This document shows positions 39,815 through 51,200 of a DNA stretch of 64,000 bases, one piece after another. Positions within the stretch are counted from its first letter, which is position 1, and each line of letters begins with the position of its first letter. Under the pieces are notes generated by a model that saw only the letters and a program-made list of their open reading frames with translations, did not search any database and was not told where the DNA came from. Position numbers and translations under genes: made by a program. Source of the DNA: Takakia lepidozioides (Eukaryota; Plantae; Bryophyta); the NCBI GenBank assembly GCA_030704615.1, contig CM060732.1, forward strand, positions 43,710,001-43,774,000, written 5' to 3'.

Positions 39815-40170
39815 AGTGCTCAGTAGTTTCCTTTGTCAACAGGTAAAGTTGTTTAAGGTCAGTGACAGGTATCGGTAAGGCGTCCGAGATCCCTCATCAC
39901 AGGCTTGTGATTGCTGGAGCATGGAGTTTTTAGTGCTCAGTAGTTTCTTTCGTCAACAGGTATCGGTAGGTGTCCGAGATCCCTCATCACAGGCCGATCC
40001 GAACTAGGGTTGTAGTTTATGCTCTGGCTTGTGATTGCTGGAGCATGGAGTTTTTTATGCCTGCCAGTGCTCAGTAGTTTCTTTCGTCAACAGGTATCGG
40101 TAGGTGTCCGAGATCCCTCATCACAGGCCGATCCGAACTAGGGTTTTAGTTATGCTCTGCCTTGTGATTG
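39815..40170. repeat. Three tandem copies of a ~60-130 bp unit, homologous in inverted orientation to 44455-44605
   Basis: Unit TCAGTAGTTTCTTTCGTCAACAGGTATCGGTAGGTGTCCGAGATCCCTCATCACAGG at 39820 (interrupted by an insertion), 39937 and 40071. Confidence 0.85.
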
Positions 40171-41921
40171 CTAGTGCTGGACTCCGCCAGGAACGCAGGA
40201 GATAAGTTGCTTTGATTGCTGGGATGGTGGCAGCTTTGGCGATATTTATCTTGTAGAAAGATCCTGATTCCTGATGCTCCGTATATAGGAGGCGTGCCTA
40301 TTCATTGAAGCGCTGAGCAATCCGGGTATCTTGGGTGGGTTGTAACACCAATGCTCTGGCCTGTACGATGTCATTAGTGGCCTATGGACGTGTCTTGCAG
40401 TTTCACCGCAGGATAATGAGGGTATCAACGTGTCGTGGGGAGTCGTCAGATTTGAACAGAACTACGACGTACGTTTTCTCAGAAAGTGAGCAAAAACACT
40501 AGCCTTAAGGGCTGGAGCCTTCTCTCCCGCAAAGAGTCAGTACTGACTTTCAGTCTCACAGATGCAGGTCACACATTCGCAGAGATGTGCTCGCCAAAGA
40601 TTGACTTTACGGTTTCATCAGAAGAAATCAATCGGCCGCCCTTTTTACATCTCTAAATCAAGGCCCCAGCGCCGGTGTCTCTAGCTAGCTGCTATGACAT
40701 AAATGCGTGTTCTGTTGTGCCATGTGCAAGTGATATCCTCTCCAACAGAAGCTGGATGATTTCATTCAATTTCTTTCTCGTATTTTCTATTGATCTCTTC
40801 TCTTTCTCTAGTCTTTTGAACTGATTGCCGCTTATTCTATCCTTCAGGTGCTTCCTAAGCGGGTTCATTGTCCAGATCGTCGATGCTCATCACCGAAGAT
40901 TTGAGCTTTTCTTAAGTCCTTTGAGATTGAGGTCGAACCTGACCATTAAAACGGTAGATCCTACTGACCACCAAATGACAACAAACAAACATGCTACTGT
41001 TCTATTGCAAGTCCTCCATTGCCCTCTCCAATATCTACAGTGCTGTGGGCGTGTCTTGCTTTGGCAAACACGCGCTCGGAACAGTCGTCAGATCTGAACA
41101 GATTTCCTGTGTACCTTAACAAAACGCCCAAGTCAGAGGCCTGTCGTCTCCCGCACAAGTTAAATCCATTCACTCTCACGGATTCGCAGAGGCCGTAGGC
41201 CGAAAACTCCTCACAGATCTACACTCTAACACCATAATGTTTATGACATAAACTATCGCGAATCAAGCATACACTAGTCTCCTCGAAAAACATGTTTCGT
41301 TTGCAATATTGAAACCCTCGTAAAGAGTTAGTAGCAATTACCTTATTACATCCACTCCATCAATCCGTGGAGGCATTTAGTGCCATGTCGAAGGACTGAC
41401 AACCTGCAATGATGACAAGGATTTGAAATTGGCCTTGTGGACTGCGTTCAACGTTGGGTTTTGGGAGAGGATCTAGAACACCCATGTCGGACTCCAACAA
41501 CTTATGGCCCAAGGTGTCCCACTGGTGGTATATTTTCATGGTAAGGGATGGTGGTGGCGTACTTACTATACTACAGTTTGTACTCAACGGTGCCTCACCT
41601 TGTTTGTCGGGGAAACAGATTTCTCGGGTAACGGAATCCATTATTCAAGGGCAGAAAGAGCACACATCAATGAAACTTTAACCTCGGCAGATTGTAAATA
41701 CAATAGAAACTGAGGGGGAATGCTCAATGAAAATAATTTTATATAAATCAAATCGAGGCTGTCTTCCCTGGCGGTGAACTTTCTTCTACTAGATGCTTTT
41801 CCTCATTACTTCTTCCTAAAATGGGGAGCCATAGTCCTCTTGTTCCGAGAGATTGATGTCCACCCAGTTCTTTTAACAGTAATTTATCTGTTTCGATGTA
41901 CATTGAATTTGCTGTGGCTTG

Positions 41922-44900
41922 TCAGCCATGTTTTCTAACAATAAGAACGGGGCACTTGGCTTGGCGCACACAGTAGTCACTGACACTGCCCATGAAAGTT
42001 CTGCATTCAGGCAACCAAACAGGATCAGAATTGTCCATATCATCGTTCCAACTATATCGAAGTAGTCTTGCACCTCACAACACCCAACAGATAGAACATA
42101 CCTTTTAATACCACCATAGCCCCGGCTTCCCATCACCAACAAGTCCGCTTTTTCCTTCTCCACTCCTCCGCAAATAACATCCCTTGCGTCCCCAGTTTCC
42201 ACCCTAGACACGGCTTGCACCTACATCTCCAAGAGTTCAACAGACAGCAGCATTCAGGGATCCCGTCAATGAGGCCCCAACCCTTCAGTTTCCCATTCAG
42301 AAAATTGGAGCTTGACCCGCCTTTCTAGATATCTCGTGTCCTCTCTCTCTCAATTTAACCTTGGGTAGAATATTTCAGGTGGAATAAAGGGATTTTTTCC
42401 TTCTCTTTGTGGATATGTTCTTTGTAACAACACTCAAGAACTGCCTGATCCCTTTGGCTCTTTCTCCATCCTTGAGGATACAGGACATTTGATGGCAAAC
42501 TAATACATGATATCTTGTGCTAGATGTATACACCTTCTACTTGATCCGGTCAATGTACATTGCTCTCTTGGCTGGTCTACTGTAGCCAATGCCTTCTATC
42601 AGCATTAGGAAACCTGAAAATGAAAGGCTTGAGGATTTTTTTCTCTCTCTTTCCTTGAATGTTGCTAAGATGTTTATAGACAACATTCAAGAATTGCCTG
42701 ATCCCGTCATTCTGTTCAGATTTTTCTTGTCTAGAACAGAATGGGAAATTGGATAATAGGATGACTCACTAGGGTGACTCATTAGGGTTCACCCTAGAGG
42801 TTTTAAACCTAAAGCTGCTGCCCTATATGGTTCATTTTGACCATGGAATCTGAAGTGAAGATGCAGGGGAAAACCGAAAAAACCTTCGACTTGATGGCCT
42901 CTTCGGAATACCTCTCTCTCTACATTGGTGACGATTCTTGGCTTGGCTCCACAGGTAACCAGCTATCGGTGCATTTCATCACCGAGACCTACACTTATGG
43001 AGATGACTTTGAGATCCTGCACGTTGTCAAACCAACGTCTGCTAATTCCAAGTTCGGCTTCATTTATATTGTATCCGAGGACACTCGCTTGGGAACTTGG
43101 TCTTCCTTTTTGGGAATAGGTGCTTGTTGTCATGCTTACTTACATGGATTTGATTAAGCTCTACTCTGATTCTATGAATACTTTTGCAAACCAAGACCTC
43201 TATGTGTCCCCTTGCTTGAGTACTTAGCTCTAGTAACACCTTCCTTTTGGGAATGGGTGCTTACTGACACGTGACCACCCCCCCTCCCTCTGGAGCATGG
43301 GCTGAAATAGGTGCTACTGATGTCTGTACCTATGTGAATGGCGAAAGGACCTCCCTTACCTCTCCTCTCTTTGCTGGTATGATCTGTTGCAGGGATGACA
43401 TCGACAACAAATGTGAAGGGTTTTAAGCCGGGGTCCACAGGGATCACTAACCTGTTGGTTGGTTGGTTGGCTGTGATGGATCCAAGTGATGCCACTTCAC
43501 CTTCTTTTGTTGCAGGAAATGCTACTAAGGGCAAGAGACTAAGGGAGTGAGGCTTTTAGATCTCTCAAACCTCAAATCTGTTTGTATGTGTTGATTGTAC
43601 ACATACTACTGCTGTTTTTGCTCTGTTTGGTTGATGGATCTATGAGCTTGTACCTACATGGATAGGAAATACATCTAAAGGAGACACTTGTGCTCTTCCT
43701 ACTTCTACTGTCTGCCTACAATATGAAAGTGAGGAGGTAGATTTGTTTATGAGAAGGCCCTACCTACTGTGCATGTGATTGCCACTTAGCAGACCTTAAA
43801 ACTGGTTTTCCAGCAAGGATATAATGTAAAGGGAGATATGGAGGCAGCAGATTTGGGTAGAGACAGTTTGATGGTGCCTAAATTAGGCTGTCTGATGTCG
43901 TGAAATGAAGACAAACAAAGCACACAGTGTTTAGTGTTTCCTTGTCTAGCTTTGACATGCTATGTAACACTCTCTCTCAGCAGAAAGCAAATGCAATTCT
44001 ATAAAGATCACATTCCTGAGAAATTTGCCAGTCCCTGCGACTATATGGGACTTGAGTTCACTCAAAACAGGCAATGAGAGGGGGGGAGAGAGAGGGCAGA
44101 CTGCTAGGGAGCGTAAGAGAGTTTTGGACAAAGAAAAATGAGAAGGAGAACATTAAACTCACATGGCATGCATTGCAAAGTTCCTTTGCTTTGGATAGGA
44201 TATTCCTGCTCACGTTGTCCTGGTAATGGCGCAGGCTGTCCGTAACCTCGGGCGTCACAAATAATCCTGTTGACCATTCCATCATCCCTCCATTGTCAAG
44301 TTACATACAACCAAGTTTGAGCACACGAAGAGCACAAAAAGTCTCCACTACAAAGCTGGAACTCCAGCCACTATCCTTTCACAGACCATTTAACACAGCC
44401 CTCATTCCTCTACTCGGCGATCAGTTTCAGCGATTGGAATGATCATTCCCGCCTGGCCTGTGATGAGGGATCATCTCGGACACCTACCGATACCTGTTGA
44501 CGAGAAAGAAACCACTGAGCGCTGGCAGGTATAAAAAACTCCATGCTCGGCTACCGTACTTGAGAATTGATGAAGGTGAGGAATCAACGAGTGCGAGCAG
44601 GCATTCCCGTCAGCTCACAAAGGTAACTGGGAATGGTGAGGATGCTCAGCTGCACAATTTACTACACCCAATTCATGACATCGCCTGCCGGCAAGTACTC
44701 CAAAAGATGTACACATTATAGATCATTCTCGGAGAGATTGATCAAGAAAGAGCAGATGGACAGTAGCGGGAACAGAGCGCACCACCATCTTCATGCATTG
44801 AAGAAACATCAGAGAGAGAGAGAGAGACCAGTCTGCAAGCCGGGGCCCGCAGGCGCCGTCGGATACACCTGTGGCATGGGCTGCGCATGAAGCAGAATCA

Positions 44901-45045
44901 CAGTGTCGTTCAGCTCGCTGTCCTCGTCACCGTTAGAATGCAATTGCGGCTGGATTAAATGTTCCAGCGCCCATTCCAGAGCGTAGGTGCTCTCGTCACT
45001 CTCGTCCACGCTCACCAGCACTCTCCTTCTCTGCCCCTTGCCCAT
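41922..45045 (-). CDS. Universal stress protein A (USPA)-like protein
   Basis: Exons 45045-44829, 44266-44163, 42220-42102, 42000-41922. Motifs RRVLVSVDESDESTYALEWAL, GDARDVIC, ADLLVMGSRGYGGIKRTFMGSVSDYCVRQAKCPVLIV. Confidence 0.95.
44455..44522 (+). ncRNA. Candidate box C/D snoRNA (SNORD58/U58-like guide) or pseudogene
   Basis: C box GTGATGA 44460, D' CCGA 44487, C' TTGACGA 44497, D CTGA 44515. Guide TCATCTCGGACACCT is imperfectly complementary to 25S rRNA AGGUGUCCUAAGAUGA (recalled sequence). Weak terminal stem; antisense to the USP intron. Confidence 0.35.
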
Positions 45046-46520
45046 CTCTGCCAAACTCTGGTATCTTCCTTCCTATCTTTTCTCCCTCTTTTCTTGCCCT
45101 CCCAGAATCTCACTGCTTTGCAATTCAATTTGTCTGTGGCCATTCCACCCGCTGCTCCAACATAAATCTGAACCACCCTCTCCTTCTGCCTCATCAGCAT
45201 CCTGTGCCTCATCAGCGACTGCAAGAGGGATCGCTGTGCGTGTCATGCATGCAAAGAGATGACTGGATGAGGAATCTCGATATTCCGGTAAGGACGAGTG
45301 CATGTGATATTCATGGGATGATTTAGGGATGGATGTTGCTCCAAGATTTGCAAAGGTGGCTGCAAACTGCAAACAGGCTTACTTTGAGAATCTGCCGGGC
45401 AAGCCCTCCTCGACCCACACCCCTAATTCTGTCAACGCATGCTCGCCCATGTTGTCTATCTCTGACAATCCTAGCTCTTAATTCTCTTTTTTTCAATGGT
45501 CGGAATTCTGGGTCTCTTTGCTAGAGCCAGCCTGCTGAAGTTGCTGAAATTGTGGCTCTCTACCCGCCTATCTTGCTGTGCATGCAAATTCTTCTCACGG
45601 TCTATGGCCACAAAGCCAGCAGAGACTAATGAGTACATACTCTCTTTCTTCTGAATCTGACTTCCTGGTTGCATTGACCTAAATTTCTTCAACTTAATGG
45701 TCTTTTCTCTTCCCTTGTCAGAAAAAGGTAGATGACTTCGATACGCTGTTGCAATTTGTTTCGGTTTGTCAATCGAGAACGGTTTAGCTGAGCCAGGCTC
45801 TGAGGTCGAGGGCTGTCACACCTTTTATTATGGCAGGAGATGTATCGAACAGCTGCGAATTCACAAATCGTCTCACGTTTTGTCGGTATCCCCCACCCCT
45901 CTTTCCATATTCACATCTTCCTGAAACAATGCTGTTGTCTATTGAATTTGACATGCTGACAAAACGTAGTGCTCTGTGTTCGTGCATTGAAATCCCTACC
46001 CGCTCCGTAGGGCTTACGTATTGTGAAATTTAACCTGGGTTTCTCATCACACCAAAACATCCCTTGAAGGTAATTGTTCTCTTTCCGTAAACGGTGCCAT
46101 TTCGGATTCTGAACACAACATGAAAGCATCAAGATAACACAACATGAAACAATATGAATCCATCAAGACAAATCGTCAGCACTAAAACATTAACCGAAAC
46201 CAAAACCAATTTATTTTGCAGGGGACTTGTAAGGCTCAATATGTAGTCTCTCAGGAGGGGATTAGGCATTGAGAACAAAGTGTGTACAGCTATCAAGACC
46301 TCCTGTCTCACAATAAAATTGACTTCCACCCCAAATTGTCAAGCTGAAGGCTCCGACACTAAATGCCACAGGTGATCTCAAATTGAACTTCTTATTCTCA
46401 AACATGAGGGACCCTGTTTTTTAAAGGCACGTGAACTAGCTACAGAACTCTCTCTCATTCTCCCACTCTCTCTCTCTCTCCCCTCTCTCTTTCCCCTCTC
46501 TCTCTCTCTCTCTCCTCTCT

Positions 46521-46810
46521 TTACCAACTTTGAAAGTCTCGAGGCTGAGCCAAAAGCCCAGGCCCTCGTGAGGCCTAGTTTTTAGGCAAATCACACACAG
46601 CAGATTGATGCTTGTGTGAAGGGATTTCTAGAGGATATCTGGAAAACCCGGATTAATTCTTTATATGAAGGTAAGTCTTACTACCAACGTCAGCCCCTGA
46701 CAGAGGTAGGTTCTGTCCCTTTTGTTCCCGCTCAAACTGGGCGCGGGGTCAATGGCCACAAGGCTACGGCAAACAACGTCTTATGAGTACGGTCTCTCCT
46801 CTCTCTTTCC
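46521..46810 (+). mobile_element. 5'-truncated RTEX-type LINE copy (~270 bp) following a (CT)n tract
   Basis: Near-identical to 47579-47860; ends GTCTTATGAGTAC + CT-rich tail. Confidence 0.9.
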
Positions 46811-47860
46811 ACTGCAGAGGGGTCAACTCTGAGGTTAAGAAAACCATGCTTTGTCGCGTTATTAGACCTGCCTTGGAGTACGGATCTGCAATATGGGTTG
46901 ATAACTCCAACCAGGCTAAGTCTCTAGAATCCATTCAAGTGGGGGTGCTTAAGGAGTGTATGTCAGCATGCTCCAAAACAGCCAATGTGGCTGTTCGGGG
47001 TGAATTTGGCATTCCGTCCTTAAGCTCCCGACGAGATGAATTCAAGATCAGATGGTGGGGTCAGCTGCAACATATGCCCAACACCAGATATCCTAAGTTA
47101 ATCGACTCTATATCTTGGAAACAGGACCGCCCTGTCAAACAGGCTAAGTCCTGGCAGAAGAGAGTAGAAGAGATTCTCAAGGACCTGGACCTGGATCCGC
47201 AAGTCTTGACCCTGCTGGATAAATCTGACTTAGAGGCTGTAGTGTCCAAAGTCATGTCTGTTGCCATGAGATTGTCTGATGAAAATGAAGTTAGGCAGAA
47301 AACTTCCCTGAACTTGTTTCCAGTCAGTGACATGGGCGAGGACATCTTGGATGACCTCAAGGGACTACCCACTCTCGGCACTAGACTGAAATTTAAACTC
47401 AGGGCAGGAAGCCTACCTTTGAACAGCAAACAGAAGCGGAGAGGAAAGGGAGAGTGCAATTGCCCGTTGTGTGGGCAATCTGAAGACAGTATTCATTTTC
47501 TGATACACTGTCCGGGGTTCTCTCACCAAAGAGACACTCTCTTCAAATCTATCAAGGGAATTGTGCCTGTACCCCTGCTTACCAACTTTGAAAGTCTCGA
47601 GGCTGAGCCAAAAGCCCAGGCCCTCCTGAGGCCTAGTTTTTGGGCAAATCACACACAGCAGATTGATGCTTGTGTGACGGGATTTCTAGAGGATATCTGG
47701 AAAACCCGGGTTAATTCTATATATGAAGGTAAGTCTTACTACCAACGTCAGCCCCTGACAGAGGTAGGTTCTGTCCCTTTTGTTCCCGCTCAAACTGGGC
47801 GCAGGGTCAATGGCCACAAGGCTACGGCAAACAACGTCTTATGAGTACAATCTCTCTCCC
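46811..47860 (+). mobile_element. 5'-truncated RTEX-type LINE (RT thumb + zinc finger, open frame)
   Basis: RVIRPALEYGSAIW, SKTANVAVRGEFG, WWGQLQHMPNTRYPK, KFKLRAG, CPLC..EDSIHFLIHC, DIWKTR. Stop at 47844, then GTACAA+(TC)n. Confidence 0.88.
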
Positions 47861-48204
47861 CTTGGCCCTTTCGGCCACTTTCACAGGAGAAAATTTCTTT
47901 CTTAGTTGCTTTTGGGGTGCTCGTGGGGGATCCCTCTCTCTTTCTTGTTTCATGATTTCTCCTGTCCCATAAGCTCTTTGAGCTTTCCGTGTATGTTCCC
48001 AAGTACCATTTCAGTTCATTTCTTTCTCTGACAGACATAATACGTTTCTTTCCATTTTCTTTTCTCTCAGAACATTTGGCAAGCAAAGGAGATCTGTAGA
48101 CGTGTTCTTGGTAATTTGACCTTTGTTGACTTGTTGGAGGGATTTCCCAAAGAAGTTCGGGTCTAATAACTGTCTCTGAAGTATTACATGAAGCTGTGGT
48201 TGTA

Positions 48205-51200
48205 ATGGAATATCTGCAGGACCTGCGGTTGTCCTTCATCACCAAGGATCTGGAGAGAACAATGCAGGGGAAGAAGGCACATTTTGGCTTGGCAAAAGGT
48301 TCTGGGGGAACTGACAAACATTCCAACAATGGAATTGACCCCTCCATTCCAAGTCACTCAAGGAGAATCATGACCCGAAATGCGGTGGGGGAAGTTGAAC
48401 TTTCGGATTCCTTGAGCAATCTGAGTATGAGCAAATTGAATGTTGCCAATTTCCAACTAGCAATATATATAGCAATGGCGCATGCAGGTTTGGGCCTTGC
48501 AATTCTTATACTGTACGGAGTTGGCCTGCTTTTGAAGGATTACTGGAAGCCCATACAGTGGGCAGTTTTGATATCAATGCCATTAAGAGAAGTGCAGGGT
48601 GTGGTGGTCCAGTTCTGGGAACAGCCCTTGCAAATGGGGCTTTGGGAAACTTTGATGGCGATACCTTATGCAACGTTACATGCATTTTTGGATACAGCAC
48701 TTGATGCACATGGTGCTCTTCTGGAAATTGCAGGGGGAGGAGGAGTTTTCCCATCTAGGGTAGGCTTTGGTAAACTATTCCAGTGGCTTCTGTCCTTTGC
48801 AATTTGCACATTGGGAAACGAATTCCTGGGGCCGGCCGCTCTCACAGTTATCATGCTTGTTGGATACTCTGTCTATGCTGCAATGACTACTGTACTGCCA
48901 GTGGTAACTGCAGCCTTTCCTGTGAGGAGTCCAAGGGCTGGGGACAGACGCAGTAGCGCTGCAACGTTATTGGCATGGACAATCCAACCCTTGGGCAGGG
49001 CAACAAGGTAAGGACTTTCTCATCGTATCAATGCAGAAAATTTTGCCAAGTGTGTTTACCATCAATGAATAGAACTTCAATATATCTGGTTGGTTATGTT
49101 GACCACATCCAGGATAGCTCTAACCATTGCAGTGAAAGCCTTCAGGTGGAGCAACCGGGGGGTGACACAGTCATTGATACCAACGCTTCCCGCTGTGGTT
49201 GCTATTTTTCTGATATCCATGATGATTATAGGGTCCCTGGGGGGCCTAGTTCTATTCTCTTATAAAGTGGGTGTTGAGGGCAAGGATGCGGTGGTTACTT
49301 TCAAGACCCATGCGCAGTCTAATAATTATGCTGAAAGTGTGGGGCTCTCACAATGGCTAGAAGAGAACAATATTCCTCAGTACATTGATATGCACATGAT
49401 GAAAGCTTATGACAAATTGGTGCAGCGGGTCTCTCTCTCTTTCCCTATCTCTCACAGACCTTGTTTCTTACTTCCTTTGTAGCCTCTTACTGTGAAATCA
49501 GGGGGCAGTACTTTTACCTATTTAGATTCAGCCAATCCATCACCATTATGAGGATCAGAGATGCATTGCACATATCTACATGAGGCGCCACCTTCAGAAT
49601 CCGTCAAGTTGGATTATAGTTTTCTGGTTTCTTTCTCTTTCTCTTCAACTGTGTCCCTGGTCCCTTTGGGCCTACACTTTCTCTTTCACGCATATAGCAA
49701 GGAAACACCTTCTCACATAGTGCAAGAAAAAGAAAGAATAAAACAAAGGAACTTCATAATGCCCACAGGAAGCCCAAAGAACTTATGGGACATGAGGGTC
49801 ATTGCCATAAAGGACGCTAGAAAATCAGGTCTGAATAGCTGCTCAAGGAGGAGGAGCTTTTCTGGAGAAAGACACAGGAAGAAAGGAATTAAACCATTGT
49901 AATGTCAAAATGGGGGCTCCGGTCTCCCTGGAGCAGACTAGGACAAGGATAAGAACCCCAGAAACCAAAGAACCCAGCAGATCCCAAATGCTGCAGGAAG
50001 GTGCAGAAAAAGAAAATGATCTACTCATTGACAGTGCCCTGCAAGTCTTGTGCATAATGCATCTCCATGCGTTCGTGCAGGATGTAAATCCTCCAGAAGC
50101 CAGTTATGGGGTTTAAGGTTGAGCTACTGAGGTTTAGGATCGTCAGCCTGAAATCGCCATGGGGCTGGGTTACAGTTGATGTAAATACAGGGAATTGGTT
50201 GTTTATTGATGGGCCGATATTGACATGATAGTAGAAACCAGTAGGTTGATTTCAGCACTGCCCTGTAGCTGTCAACAGATGTCCCATATATGGCTGTTGT
50301 ACTTGATTCAGATAATTGGGGAAAGAGGGCACACGAAAAATGCATCAAAAACATGGTAAGAGAGGGTGCTTTTCTACAATGGGTTCTGAGGCACTGCTCA
50401 TGAGGGGAGGCCGACCTGTGGTTAAAGGAGAATGCATTTGTGATTGGATATGGAGCTTCTTTAACTTTAATGTGTACAAGAACTTGCCTGAATGCAAGGT
50501 ACAAACATCTGTGGCAAATGCTTCAAGCATTACATGGTCTGGTTGTCTGGGTAAATCACTGACAGGTTGCTAATTAGGACCCTGGTTTTTCTGGTCTGAT
50601 GGACTTGTCCTGAGTTGGTGTGGTTGCACTCACTCTGTTTGGGGATAACAACTACGGCACAGGTGGATGCTGTTGCTGCAAAAAACAATATGAGTGATTT
50701 GGCAACTTTGGGAAAGGAGTTTCTGAGAGGCATCTCACACAAGGGGACGGTGATTGGGTCAAGGGAGGAGGCTGAATCTAGAGAGAAGGCAGCGTCATCT
50801 TACCCACTTCTGGAGTATCTGCAGACACTTAAGGCAAGCCATACTCTTTTCAGTAAGCTGCTTGTTCTGGAATCATCCCCCCGTCTCATCTTTCAATTGG
50901 AAGTCTAGAAATTGTCTGGTGTTGTTGAGGCCTCTGACCAGAAAAGATGGATTAGGAGGAGCTATTCCTTGGGGATTCAAGATAGATATCACACACAATC
51001 TGGAGATGTAGCTTGCCTTGAGGTCTGAGGTACTCATACTACCATTGCATGTGGCTAGTCTTGGCAGTCACTGGGTGACAGTTATCCAGCCAGTCACTCT
51101 AGCATAGACCACGGACTGGTCATCATACTTCAACAACCTGCCTGTGTTTAGGACCTATTTGAATGTACTCTCAGTCCTTAATGTTCGGTCTTCATCTGAG

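Noticed and set aside
40130-40155. Telomerase RNA template-like CTAAAACCCTAG (minus strand)
   Set aside because: Lies in a tandem repeat unit, is not conserved in the sister unit, and has no USE/TATA type-3 promoter.
40570-40590. U14 snoRNA (CATTCGCAG domain A)
   Set aside because: The domain B guide CCTTCCTTGGATGT-CTGA and a properly placed C box are absent.
42360-43560. Nested gene in USP intron 2
   Set aside because: Short ORFs without recognisable domains; looks like decayed LINE fragments, too weak to call.
46783-47844. 353-aa ORF as a host gene
   Set aside because: It is the C-terminal part of a LINE ORF whose ATG is donated by the adjacent truncated copy.
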